Source of the DNA: Auanema rhodensis
Taxonomy: Eukaryota; Animalia; Nematoda
Assembly: GCA_964057225.1 (NCBI GenBank)
Contig: OZ059898.1
Coordinates: 7,502,001 to 7,566,000 of the forward strand
DNA: 64,000 bases
Direction: 5' to 3'
Part shown: in pieces, positions 28,201-41,454 of the stretch
Numbering within the stretch: the stretch's first letter is position 1
Layout of the letters: each line of letters opens with the position of its first letter
Translations under genes and position numbers: made by a program
The notes under the pieces: model-generated
The model's database searches: none
Told to the model about the DNA's origin: nothing
Seen by the model: only the letters and a program-made list of their open reading frames with translations

Positions 28201-31200
28201 ACTTATCTCCACCCACTATTCAATACTTTTTACTTCTCTGTGTATTTATGGATTCAACTTGATAATTTTTGACAGAGTCTTGCTTTTTGTCGTCCACTTC
28301 CAATCTTATACTTTGTCCACTCATTTTCTTCTTTTGTCTCTTCTCTCTCTTCGTTCTCTCTTCGTTCTCCATTTTCTCTTAACTTTTCCATTCGTAAAGC
28401 TTCCTTCACAACCAGAGTTGCCAATGAAAGCCACGAAAGGCCTAATATCTTTCATCTACCATCTTTCTATCTTTCCCTATTCACTCCTCTGTCTCTTTTT
28501 TCTTCTCGTCTATCCACTTGTCTTCGTTTCATATATTCTTTTTCTTTTAAATCTTAGTTCATCTGATGTACTTAACCACTTCAGACCTCATCTCATCAGC
28601 TAACTATTTTTCTAAACTTGATGACCAGTTTGGCTATCAGTTATACTTTTCTTTACCCTGTGTATTTGACCTTTTGGGCTAGTTATCAATACACCACTCC
28701 TACTTGGTTTCCACCTTATCAACTTTTATTGTGGTTTGTCAAGTTGGCTTCGTACGTAGTTGTCTTTTGTTTATTTCTAAGACGTTTAGTAGCTTTTCTA
28801 CTTTACTTTTCCGTCTCTACCTTCATCTGTGAGCAAGTTTGTGGTCCCAAAGTGAACGTCGGACAGCCGGTGCATTCCTCTCTCTTGGACCAACGATCGT
28901 GTGGCTACCCGGTTGCCGCTTGATCCAAGCAGTCAGTCGTATGCTCAACCAGCCGTTTCTCCACCGGATCTTCACCATCTCTTCACTGACTCCTGTGATC
29001 TCTAAAGATCAGCTTAAACGGCTCACGATCTCTGACACAAGAAGTCTAGCTTATCACGAGCATTTCACAATTTTCTTTCCACTTGATATATGACTTTGAA
29101 TTTACCATTTTTATCTATTATATTACTCGAAGATCTACGACCTATCCAGCTGTCCACCTGAACATGCACTTTTGTAATCAACGTTAATAAGAGGATATGT
29201 TATGACATCATAGTTGTTTTCCAGTTCTAAGCTATCTGTTTATGAGAAAATTAAGCAATAGATTTCATTCTTTTTGAAATAACTATCGAGGAAAACATGA
29301 ACGTCTGCCTGTCTTGGTCAGTCGTATTTAGCATAATTAATTAGTCTCGGCGCGAAATGCAAAAATGTTGCCGAAGGTGCTTTTTCACTTGCATAGATCA
29401 CTTGTTGTGATCGGCGTTATCAGTGATGTCTACCAGCTTTTATATTATTCACCCTTTTATTTAATAGTAGACGATATTAAATATTTTTAGACATTTCGAA
29501 TCTTGACTATGCCCTAGAAAACTGTTTTGTATACTTTTATCGACTTATGTCTCATTATGTAATCGTGTTGCAATCTATAAGAGCGATGCTAGATTGTTTT
29601 GGCGAAATTTGCAGAGACTCCCTGTTTGTTGGTGTTATCCTAGCTAAGCTTTATTTCCCGTTTTTCTTATGTAGAACATGACGAGCCTACGAACAAGTAA
29701 GTTACAACTGGCTGACAAGGAGGGGATCCGTGTTATTGACGACAACGAAGCTAGAGAAAAGAAGAGAAGGGTTTCGGGAGAAGCCTGGTCCATTTGCCCT
29801 CAGCCTGATTTCATGACTTTCTGCGAAAAATTGTGGCAGCTTAATGCGGCTGTGTGCCGTCTGATTTTGCTCTATTTACTTGCCTAATCTCGCTCTCTCT
29901 CTTATTCACTCGGCTGACTCAGTTTCTTGAGGTTGCGTTGTTTGTTTGGCTGATTACTTCTTCTCTTCTCATTTGACCGGAGCAAAGTTGCAGAGTTGAA
30001 TATATCTTAATTTTCAACACTAACTAAGATTATATTTTTATTTTTATAATTGTATACTCCCAAATGTTAACAGTTTTAACCATTGTCGACCTCGAAGTAC
30101 CTGCCAACATGCATCATCAGCGAGATTTTCATGTATTCTTTATTCTATTTTACACACGAAAGAGCGTAATGTGATTAATGGTCAAATAGTTTGTATCGAC
30201 GTTAGCAATTACTAGCAGCTCATTGCCAGTCTCCATATCTTATCAATATTGTTCATTCACATTTATGTCGTTCCTTCATTGATTTTACTCTATGATGCTT
30301 ATGCTGCTCTTTTTTCAATTTATTATAAATTTTCGTTTCAGGTCGAACTGTTTAAGTGGGTGCAGATTTTGCGCTCATCGGCCTTTTAGTATATACACTC
30401 TATTCTTCTTCAGCTTTCTGTAGAGTGTGAGTTTAAACTTTATTCTTTTTTACTTTAATACTGTTGTAACCAATGGTTTATTATTGCTATCGTAATGTTT
30501 TGATCTGAGACGTATAACCCAGTTGATAACTTGTATTCCAAGTATGATCATCTAAATATGAGGTACTACTGATTTTCGTAGCTGAGACAGAATATCCATT
30601 GAAAGTATGTTATACCAACTTCACTAAGGTTTTCAGTTTCGCCGTATTTTTCTGCCCTAACTTCTACTCATTTTAAATTATCGTTCTATAATGATCCAAC
30701 AAGTAAAATTTATCGAAAGTATTTCTTACTTTCTCCTCTATTTTTATTCTAAGTGATATTGATTTGAATAGAAATAGGTTACAAAGAACACTAATACTGT
30801 TGTTTTGAATGAGTTTTTAGCTTATTGACTTTTCCTTATCCTTGTGGTTAGCAATTTCTCGCGCTCTGGCAACTCATAAATATACTCTTATCGACTTGCC
30901 TCCTTATCATGTATCACAGAGGATCTACTACCTTATGCTGTTTATGTTTGTAGACTTTTGAGCTGTTGGGAATATCTTATAAAAATCATGAATGCTTTAG
31001 ACAATATGATTAGTAGTAGTACCCGTTACATATGGTATAAACTTCTGTTTCGCTTTTTTTCAAATTACTAGTGATTGTTTGAAATCTGCAGTATATTAGT
31101 TGGCTTTGTCATGTTTAATATGTTTACCGGAAGCCTTTTTTCTATACTATATTTGACATTTTGACGATGTTCGAAGAATCAGTTGACCATATTCTGCTGC

Positions 31201-31997
31201 TTGTGATGACAATAAAGTTAGTAGTTTATTTGTGCGAGTTGATTACACTAAGAGACGAGCTGTGTGTTCTGAAAAGAATGTGAAAAGAGAGATTGTAGTG
31301 TATGGGCGATAGAAGAGGTTTGCTTCTCCGAATAATTTCGCTATGCACACTAGAAATCCGGAATAAGAAACCGACAGGTTCCTTATTTCGTGCTTCATAA
31401 CTGATATTATGGAGGAGAGTATACTTCACTTTTGTATCATTATCAATTGTGAAATTCTGACTGTACTCAGTGTTTATACAGTGGCGTGATGACTTGTAAG
31501 ACTGTGTACTTCAAATTAGTTAATAATTCAGACCGTTTGATTATTTTTTTTGGTTTTACTCATACGAATGATTCACCTATTCATCAATTTGTATGCTATA
31601 AAAATATGCAATAAAAATTGATGCTCATATCTTTGTATATCTGCTTTTCTACATATTCATCTCATCGTTTTCATGTATCTGCATGTCTAACCTATGTGTG
31701 AAACGGGGGGAGACGTTAAAGAAGGTCGAACGACTGTGCGCCAATGCCATCATGCGCCTTGCTCGTTTCTCTATACGCATTGATTATTTCCGCCTGCAGG
31801 AGTATTGCACTGTATCGATGCAGTGGCTGTTGCCTGTTCCTCTGTTTGTTTTCCTCTAAAATCGTCCATATTCATCACTGATTTTAGTGAAGATTCCTAG
31901 AACAGTTTTGCATCGACTAGTTTAGCTACTTATAATTTCTAAAGCATTTATACCTACTGGTCTCTCCTGTTTTCCCGTCCGAATAAGATTGAGAGGC

Positions 31998-32011
31998 ATG
32001 TTTCGATATAG
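31998..32011 (+). CDS. msi-1: Probable upstream coding exon of msi-1 (ATG TTT CGA TAT AG|gtgagt), adding MFRYRGVVGGIDL ahead of MDERS
   Basis: Strong donor AG|GTGAGT at 32012. The phase-2 join to the TTTTTAG acceptor (exon start 33890) is open and in frame with ATG 33915. Confidence 0.55.
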
Positions 32012-33511
32012 GTGAGTATAATGCATTACTTCTGTATATTTCAACGATAAAGCTTCGAGAGTTGTCTGATAATGGAATCGTTATGTCCAATTTTGTCTTG
32101 CAGATGGGCTAATTTCGATTTCTTTATTCTGGAGTTCTTAGCTTCTTCTTATTTTGTTATATCTAGTTCAATATCTATGAATAAAAATCCAAAGCTAATC
32201 ACTACACAATTCTGTGAACTTCTTTTTTTATTATTCGCTGCCAGAAATAGAAAACTAGCTCGTAGTGGTCGTAGTCGACTTGTTTACGCCCCAGCATATT
32301 TCTACTTTGAAGAGAATAGCATAGGCAATGAATGACATTGCATTGCGTCCACTAGCATCATCAAGTACGTTTCTGGTTGTGTTTGAAAATTGAGTAATTT
32401 GTCCTCTTATTTCTGCATTTCATAATTTTCACGTCTAATCTTGATTTTCACTGCACAAAGTTTGATGCCTAATTTGGCTAGAGGATTTCCCGAAATCTTT
32501 TGATTGAATGTTCCTAGAGGGCTACATATATGAAACGGTTACAAATTAGGCAAACCTCCGTCTTCGATTGTGACTGTTTTGAGGATACTATCTACACCTT
32601 CTGAGAAATGTATTCGAATTCGGCAATTGGACCTTTTTCTTTTTGCAAGCTAAAAGATACGAACCTTATAATGATTGTTCAGCAGCATTCTAATGCCCAC
32701 ATGGCTCTGCTTAGTCAATCAATACTGATAACTTGTTTTCCTTCTATCGTCAGGCACCTATTCAGCACATCATCTTGATCACCAACATGCGTATGGGAGT
32801 GGGTTGACTAGTGTCTATATATGTGTTCATCTCATTTGTTGTTTTCATCGTTTTAAACACTGTCTCTTAGCTATAGATGTTTTCGCTTTTTTTTGCATCC
32901 ATCCCCTCCACTCGGGCAAGTCTTCTTCTACATAAATAGGCACGATGTGTAGCGGGCAGGGAGGAAGCTTGTTAAAATAGCTATGCTACTATTATTTTCG
33001 TTGAGTTGTTTATAACTAGCAAAAGAAACTTCTTTTAGTTTCCTTTAAGTGACCAAGCTTCAAGGAGAGTAAACAAAAAATTAATTTATTAAAAACTTTT
33101 CGAAACGAATCAATCAAGTCTTCATCCTTCAACATTTTCAAAAAAAATTTGAATATAGAATGATTCATGTTATATGTCGTCAATAAAAACAAATGATATA
33201 AATATCTTATCTCGCATATGTTGTAAAAAAAATGTCTAGACTTTATCGTATCATTATAAATATCAGACATTTCTGTTCATATGCAGTAGATAATGTTTCG
33301 CAATCCTGTGAGGTACAGTGTGCTTAACTTGTGATCTGCGATAGCATTTCTACTTTATATAATTTTGACTTTTTGAGATTTCGTTGTGACTTTTTTCTTT
33401 ATATTTTAATTATATTTCAGCCAACTTTTTCTAGCAATTTGTTCTGTATATTAAAATATAAAGGGGAAAATGTTGCGTGTACCAGGGATGAGGAACGATG
33501 ATTTAAACCTT

Positions 33512-33545
33512 CATGATTTCGAACATGATTTCAACATGATTTCGA
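33512..33545 (+). repeat. Short tandem repeat, 3 copies of CATGATTTC(G)A
   Basis: catgatttcgaa catgatttcaa catgatttcga. Confidence 0.8.
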
Positions 33546-33914
33546 TCCAATGCCGGTGATTGCCTCGGCTCTTCTTCTTCTATCATTGTTTACCATTATG
33601 TTTCGTCTAAAAAAAAATCAAGCTTGATATTTAGATTAAAAAACTAATTTCTTACCACAACCATAAGTTTAAAATAAGAAGTCGATAAAAATTATAATAA
33701 TAATCGTTGACTATTATTTTTTTCAATTTTACTTTTTGTTGTCTGTAAAAGTTGATTTTAAAAACAGTATCCATGTTAAAACGTATTTTTTGAGAGCATA
33801 TCTGCAACAAGTTAGTACCTCCATCCATCCATTCAAGATTCTACACGAAATTGTGATAAAGTCTAGTATCTTATTTTTGTTATTTTTAGAGGAGTAGTTG
33901 GCGGCATTGATTTG

Positions 33915-36900
33915 ATGGACGAACGCAGTGGGACAACAATGGATAACAGCAGTCCTACGGGTGACTCGACACAGCATGAAGAAGCAAGGCTCAATGCCGA
34001 TTCCGACGATGGATCCCAAATTCAGGATCCAGGGTATGTGTTGTCTCTTTCTCTTCAACATACCTCAACCGATTCAAATATCATGAAATTATTTAAATTT
34101 ACTTACAACTGTGATATACTTCTCCCAAACAACTTGCACTGGTTTGTATAGTTAACTATTATCTAACCATATAACCAACCAAGTTTCAAATTTCTTAGAA
34201 TAGCTAGTTTTCTCACTATTAATGGAATATTTAGCTATTTAAGAAAGATGTTCATCGGAGGATTGAGTTGGCAAACTTCTGCCGAAGGTCTACGAGATTA
34301 CTTCGGAAGATTTGGTGATGTGAACGAGTGTATGGTTATGCGGGATCCAGCAACAAAACGGGCCAGGTTTTCAAATTCGCTAATCATGAGAAAAATTTGA
34401 CTTTTGCTATTTACAGAGGTTTCGGGTTCATCACGTTTTCTGATGCATCTAGTGTAGATAAGGTGCTAGCTCAAGAAGACCACGAATTAGATGGAAAGAA
34501 GGTTTGTTTCGGTTTTCTGAACAGCCTATATCATTAATATTTATTTCAGATTGACCCTAAAGTCGCCTTTCCAAAGCGGTCTCAATCTAAGGTAGGTTGC
34601 TATCACGAACTTTGTTATTGATTACGAGACAATTAGCAGTTGTATGTGAGATAGTGAGTGAGTAGAATAACATGTATTTTATTTTGATTCTCTAAATTAG
34701 AAAGACAAGACTCTGAAATTATATGTATCAGGTATGTCTCATTTCACCTTTTATATGCTATTCCATCAGTTTTGATCCAATTTTGAACGCTTTCATGCAG
34801 CCGTCATGTAATTTAGGTAATATATCCTTGTGAAAAGCAAATTCTAAACATGGCAAGTTGACATCTAATTGACATTCGCGCTTGTCAGAGATCTATAGGT
34901 CCCACCATTTCTTTCTTTTCTATCCCTTTTTCTCTCTTTCTTTCATTCATTTCCTATATCTTTCTCTGTTTCCCCTTCTATCTTCAACTTGGCTTTGTCG
35001 AGCTCCTCCTCCACGACTGCAAAACGCTCGATCCATTAGCCATTTGCCCAATTGCCTCTTACAGACCTTCCTTGAGACGTCGTTGCTCTTCTGCCTCTTT
35101 TGAATCTTATCCTGAAGACAATTAGACTTTCGCTTTGCTTATCTGCTAGGGACAGAATGATTCATGTACAGATACCCTTCTTCTAATATTTTAGATCTTC
35201 TGATTTTCATTGATATGTTAGTAATGAGTTTTGAGATAGTTTAACATACTTCTGAAAAATATTTTATAATTACTAGTAGTAGTACAGAAAGTGGAAAACG
35301 TCGGCGATTAAATTAAAGCCCTTTCTAGCAGTTTCATCACTTTTGTGAGTAAAAGACCTGGAGACCAATTTCCTTAAAGATTACATTATTATGTTTCAAG
35401 GTAATAGTCCTTTATACCGATTACCTGCGCAGAACCCCCTGCAGCTTTGCCCACATCTGGACAACATTTACATCCGGTCGTTGGCATAGCTTAGCTGTAA
35501 AGACAGCTAGAGAGCGAGAGAGTTAGACATACAGAGTGAGAAACATTTTGAAAGAACTTAAAGGCTTCAGCTTCCAATGTGCTCAAACCTCGAATTTAAA
35601 TCTCTTGAGCTAGCTATTGCTTTTTATATCTAGATTTTTTTCACCTCCTCAGCTTGAATTTCTATACTTTTCGTTTTTTTCATATATACATCCCATTAAA
35701 CTGTGTTGTCAATTGAAAGGCATTGACTGAATTTGGTAAGACTGAGAGAAATAAGGAAATGCACATTTTCTGTTCGCTTTGTCTCTTAAATCTTTTTCTT
35801 CGAAAACATAGCTGCTCTCAAGTAATGGCTGGCTTAAGCTTTGTGTTTTACTATATTCTTGTTGTGCTTCTCTGGCATTTACCAGTTTGCCAGCTCTCGT
35901 TTTGGATTCATAACCCTGCATTAAAAGCATGGCTTCCGGGACAGGAGTTATACTAGAGAGAAATATAGAATGTAGACGCTTGTATGTGTTTTATAATTCA
36001 AGCCCAGCTAATAATATAATTTATGTCTTTTGGTTGCGCTGTTTAGCCAGACCACCTTATTTTTCTGTTAAAAAATGCTGCTACCGGAATAGCTGAAGTG
36101 TTTTGCTTTTGCTCTGATCTATCGTCACAATAAATATGCTCCCTCCCATTTGATAATATTTTGCGATGAACTATCATTTTGAAGGGTGCAGACGTGAAGA
36201 ACGGTTGATTTTTTCCTCACTTCTTTCATTGTTTTTGACTATGATGTTTGGATAATGTCGTGAATTATTCATTTCACATTTTCTTCATTTTTTCTCAGTG
36301 ACTTGTTTGCACTGACATATTTTATATAATTTTCATCCTTACTTTTATACGTTTTTTTTTGAGTTTTAAAACGTTATTCAAAATTGTAACGACTAGATCG
36401 AGAGAATCCAACTTGCGGTCATCAAAATGCTAAGCAGTTCCGTTCTCGGCTGCCTAATTTCCCTCAAATCAGCACTGCTTGACTTGCATACTGGCATAAT
36501 CATGTTTCTGAGCAGTTTCTTTTGGACCTCAATAGTTTTGTAGCTTATGAATATAATTTTTTTGTTATTTTCTCGATTTTGGTTCATAAAAGTATTTTTA
36601 AAAATTCAATTTTGCTATGTTTAGTCAAAAAGGAATTCTGTCGGATAGTAGTTGTGTGTGGGAGAGTTTGCTTCTCTTTTTCGCTCTTTGGATCAGATTA
36701 CCGGGAATTGAATGACGACGATTCATTCTCGTACCTCTATTCCGGAAAAGGCAAGCTTCTTCAAAATTAATTTTCTGAAGACCTGTGTGTGTCTATGTGT
36801 GTTGAATTACCTTGAACCTCATAGTTTGCTTCCAATGGTTATTGGAACTACTACACGCTTCCAGACTTGCATACACAATGCAGGAATAATCGACCAGTAT

Positions 36901-39900
36901 TACGCAAGATCAAAGATTCTCCTTTGGTTAAATGCGTTCTTTTAAACTATCATTCATAGCTAATAGGGCGTCTTTATTTGTCTTAGTTCCAGCTGTTCAG
37001 CTAAGAATACCGAAAGAACGGCAGCAGATGGGCGGTCTTCCCGTCTCTCGTTGTCTGATAAAAGCGCTTGATATTAGTAATCCGTGTCCAGAAATGGCTT
37101 AAGCGGAGTCAGTGTATTGAGCTTGAGGCAAAGTGAAGGAGTACGAGATTGAGCGCTTGAAAAGAGAGAACAAGGGTGACACGGACAGAGGGAAAGAGAA
37201 ATGGGAGGGATGAAAGCTGTGGCTTGCTCGTTTCCTGCCCATCAGCTTCTTCATATGAATGATATTGGCTGCTCTGAATACTGAAGAAGCTTCATTCTTT
37301 CCTGTCTTTGATTTGCATAGCTAATGCACTCCAGAATACTGCTAGGTTAATCATGTATTTAAATGAGTGAATTCTTCTCACTTTAGAGTTTTCAAGCAAA
37401 GCTACTTCTATTATTTTATAAACTGTTTTATTAAAACCCAAAAGTTATAAAAAACTTCAAATATATATATCTATATGTGTAGATATAGTTTCTTGAGAAA
37501 TTGTTGTCATATTCACCGATTGGTCTTTGTTTTTACTCTTGTTTAATTATTCTGAGTCCTGCTATGTTTAATTACGGCTAAAACCTCGATAGTTCTACCT
37601 GAATTATTCTGAAATATGTTTTTTTCTATCTATACGTTTGTGTTCTAAGCTCACACTGCTACGATTTCATGAAGACACCTATAATCTTCACAGTTTCTCA
37701 TTTCTATGGCCTGTCCTCTTCACGTGCTCCTATATTAATTTTTTTGAAGTTTTTTCTTGATCACCGATTGGTCTTTGTTTTTCAACGCAAGCTTTTTTGT
37801 TTAAATTCACCGTTGAATTTGCCGTGGTTATGGCTGCTTCACTTGGCCTACTAAAGATGAACTAGACATCTAAGGAAAGAGCTCTTATCCCATCATAATC
37901 ACATCCACTTTTCAGTTCCTCTCCCTATAGCGCCCACTCCTTATTTCGATTATTTGCTTCTACTGCTCATACATACGGCTAACCAATATCTTTATTATCC
38001 CATCTCTAATGGTGCCTTCCATTTTTGTTGTTTGTGTATAGAAAGTTTCTCTATTTATAATCTTGTGTTATCTTCTGTGATTTCTTTTGCTTTTTAGTTT
38101 CAGAAAAAATTGTTTTGAATATTTTCTGGGAGAACATTTTTGAGTTTCTTTGTTTCTCTTCAACCCAACCATTCTTTTTATCCGGAAAGGCAAGCTATAT
38201 CTAAGCTTTAGCAAGCTCTGTGTATGCAAAACCGGCACTTGCTCACCTGGACCTCCATATTCTACATCCGGCCTCAATCGTAATTCGTGCCATACGTTTT
38301 GAACTCTGTTCTCTGATTCCATTCTCTTGAATTTTTTGTCCGAATATGCATATATATATATATATATATATACGGACAAAAATATGTATATATGTTGTGT
38401 ACATTATTTTATCTTGATGATCATATACGCGATACCTTATTATTTTTTTTATTATTTGAAGCGTTTTCTTGTGTCTCATCTGCGATAAAATCCTTTTCGA
38501 AAGAGGGAATATTAGGATCTATCTTCTGTGGTTATTTTTTTTCAAAAATGGCTGTCGTCAACGGTTATCCCACTGTGAGTTGTAAACTCGATATATCATG
38601 AATCGAATCGAAATGAAATTAGTCTGTAAGCCTGTGTTTGACTAGAGACGAGGCTAAAGACTACTCATGTTTTTACCCACTTCACAATCTATATACGAGA
38701 GAATTGAGTGCTGTTTTGTGTATGAATGAAGAAAAAAGACAGTGAGTGCTGATGAGAAAACGAAGTAAAATACATCATTTACTAAGGAATGAAGAATTCC
38801 ATTTGATAAAAGTTTATTGAGAAACTTTGATAGCAAGCTTCTTATTAACATAGTTAATTTTCAGATGGTTACTAAAACAAAGAAAGTTTTTATTGGTGGT
38901 TTGTCAGCTACATCCACTCTTGAGGATATGAAGGCTTATTTCGAGCAATACGGCAAGGTAAGTCATTTTACCTCTTTTCTTGAAATGGATTTATGAGCTT
39001 TACTTCGCCCAATTATATCTTGAAAAATGGAAAAAATACGTTAGAGACCAATGTTCTTACTGTTCTAGGCTCACTGTTGTTAACGATCATATAGCTCCTT
39101 TCATTTCGTCAAGATGGTTAGGCGTAAAGCTTAATTTATTTCATGAAGGTAGCTGACGTAGCATCTTGAGCTAAGTATCAGTGATGTAGGGGGTCGTTCA
39201 TGGAATTTAAATTATTCTTGTTTTGACTGTTGGAATATTATAATCTATACAGGATTAGCTTGACATATGGCTCAGCTTACATGAATACATATGGCTACTT
39301 GGAGTGGTTCGTTCCCCTCAACAGTAGCCTTTGCTTTAACTTAGTTGAAATTAGCTCAGCTTTGCTTATGATATTTTTCTTCTAGTTCATACTGAAGAGC
39401 TGTTATCACATACATAGAAATAGATTAATACTCACAGTTCACCCTGTTTAGAAACTCCTATTAAAATTATCTTAATAATTTATGTCTACTTCAACAAATT
39501 TCAGGTTGAAGATGCTATGCTTATGTTCGACAAGACCACTCAAAGGCACCGAGGTAATAAATATTTAATTTATTCTTCGAATACAAAAAAACTATGAAAA
39601 CAAATGTTGCTTTGTCTACTCTGCAAGATTTTCTCTCTAATCCTTTTTGAGCAAATGATGATGACCAGTAAGCTTCTAATCGTTTTCTCTCTCCGGAAAT
39701 ATTTGACTTTATGAAAACAGACAAACATTGATAGAGACTTCATTTTTTCATCAAATAATTTACTAATCGTTAATACTTCTTTATAACTTTATTTTTGCAG
39801 GATTCGGTTTTATCACCTTTGATAATGATGATGTTTCTGATAAAGTTTGTGAAATTCACTTCCATGAAATTAATGGAAAAATGGTTGAATGCAAGAAGGC

Positions 39901-40813
39901 TCAACCTAAAGAGGTTAGTTTTACATATGTGAAGGATGGAATAACGATTTTGTTATTCAGGTTATGCTTCCTGTACAGATGAACAAAACTCGTGCTGCTG
40001 CCGCTAGAGGTCTTTATGGTCTTCCGCCTGAGCAGCTCCTTGGTAAGCATGAAGATATTTTTTCTTTGTATTTCATGATTATATTTCCAGCTTATGCCAC
40101 TTATCTGCCTCGTTTAAATTATGGCAATCTTATCTATCCTCCAAGCATGGGAAGCAGTAAGTTACACAATTTCTTTACCATTGCTTAATTTCTGACCCCC
40201 TCTTCAATTTAAAAGGGTAAAGCAACTATTATGCCTCGTTTCAATTTTTTTCTAAAATCTTCAATCACCGGGGGTCCTACTTCCAGGCGGAGCAGCGCCA
40301 CCAATGCTGGTGAAATGTGGCTTGCCGTTGGATCTGGCAGGTTCATAAGTAGCTCTGTAGGCGTATTGTGATTAGAAAGATCTAAATTTTGAAGATCATC
40401 TTCCGTTTTTTTTGTGTTTTGTTGTATTAGAAAATTCTGCTTCCTCTATTTTTAAGGCTAAAAATCAATTACCCCAATTTCTTAGTGTCACCTATAGGGC
40501 GACGTAAATGAAAACAGCCAACTGCACGTTTCAGATTTTAGAAAAAGAAATCTTTCGATTGCATTCCGCTAATGCTTTATTTTCAGTCTACAACCATATT
40601 CCTAACTACTCAGCCATGCCATCTTCTCCAGGATCAACTAGTGGAGCCCCTCGAGCTCCAGTAAGTTACATTCATTGTTGAGTTAGAGCTTTGGTTTGTT
40701 TTTAGGTTGAAACTGCTTCACTATATGCTTCGCTAGCACAGCAATTTGCTGAGGGAAACTTCTACGTGTCACCTCAGCCTATTCAGCCAAACAACTATCA
40801 CAACAAGGTCTGA
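33915..40813 (+). CDS. msi-1: Musashi RNA-binding protein (2 RRMs), spliced. Coding exons: 33915-34033, 34244-34366, 34417-34501, 34550-34591, 38865-38957, 39505-39553, 39801-39913, 39961-40042, 40091-40156, 40587-40660, 40706-40813(TGA)
   Basis: Hand-spliced GT-AG exons join in frame to give [107 protein letters not shown]. These are the diagnostic Musashi RRM1/RRM2 sequences. Confidence 0.97.
37513..37782 (+). repeat. 22-bp perfect direct repeat TCACCGATTGGTCTTTGTTTTT (37513-37534 and 37761-37782) in the large msi-1 intron
   Basis: Identical copies 248 bp apart, read directly. Confidence 0.85.
40287..40340 (+). CDS. msi-1: Candidate 54-nt in-frame cassette exon of msi-1 ([17 protein letters not shown])
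   Basis: TTCCAG acceptor and CAG|GTTCAT donor. Phase 1 to phase 1 like the flanking intron, no stop codon, GC-rich island inside an AT-rich 430-nt intron. Confidence 0.45.
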
Positions 40814-41018
40814 GAGGTCGGTGTTGTGAGTTGTCGTAGTGCATGCTCATAGTTATCGTTTGAAATATCGGAATGTTCTGAATACCTCAACAAATAATAC
40901 AGTAGCAGCCTTAGTTTTTTGTTTGCGTAGCTATTTTTGATGTTTTAATTTTTATGTTTTTTACTAAGTATGAAAAATCAGTCTTCAATTATATTATATC
41001 ATTTATTGATTTTTTCAG

Positions 41019-41042
41019 ATCCCCACCGGTTTTGGACGTTAA
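41019..41042 (+). CDS. msi-1: Candidate alternative terminal exon of msi-1 (..YHNK|IPTGFGR*)
   Basis: Donor AAG|GTCTGA at 40808 removes the TGA. Perfect TTTTTCAG acceptor at 41018, phase 0, TAA at 41040-41042, AATAAA at 41088-41093. Confidence 0.5.
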   Translation: MPTGFGR

Positions 41043-41215
41043 TCGTGTTCTTCTTCCTCAACTGTCTGCACCACCACTACCATCATCAATAAAAAGAGAA
41101 ACTACCATTAAATATTAACATTCTTATCTTTATTTCCTTTTCTCTATAATGTTTTTATTATCATACAAAGTCGCATGTTTTTTTTTGAAGACTACTGATC
41201 TTCTTATCAAAAGTC

Positions 41216-41454
41216 GTAGTCCCCCAGTAGGATCCGTAGAAAGTAGTGTTGTTCTCTTGCGATTTCTTTTTCAATGAGTTCTTATTTTCTCTGGTCGTGT
41301 GTATATTCATCTGTCTAAAATTCTTCTAATTTTTCTTATATTCATTCATCCAGAGGACACTATAGAAGCTCTATCTTGCACGTTTATTACACGTATAAGT
41401 ATACGCGAATGTCGTAACTTAGGATTTGCGCACTCGTAAAGAGTAGTAGGTAGT
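41216..41454 (+). promoter_or_regulatory. Clusters of Musashi-binding-element-like GUAG(U) motifs in the msi-1 3'UTR
   Basis: GTAGT 41216, GTAG 41227, GTAG 41236, GTAGT 41243, and GTAGTAGGTAGT 41443-41454. The Musashi consensus is (G/A)U1-3AGU. Confidence 0.55.

Noticed and set aside
18057-28603. Long ORF-track ORFs (18057-18446, 19596-19949, 25760-26311, 28049-28603)
   Set aside because: L/S/F-rich translations of CT tracts; stop-poor by composition, with no domain or splice logic.
29349-29357. Single E2F-like GGCGCGAAA upstream of msi-1 (similar words at ~55310 and ~55670)
   Set aside because: Isolated, with no supporting promoter context.
29678-29696. ATG exon MTSLRT|gtaagt upstream of msi-1
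   Set aside because: Phase 1; joining to the 33890 acceptor hits an immediate stop, so it is not a coding first exon (could still be a UTR exon).
33308-33360. let-7-seed-like hairpin (TGAGGTACAG..TACTTTAT)
   Set aside because: Stem relies on many G-U pairs and bulges, has no basal extension, and position 8 mismatches the family seed.
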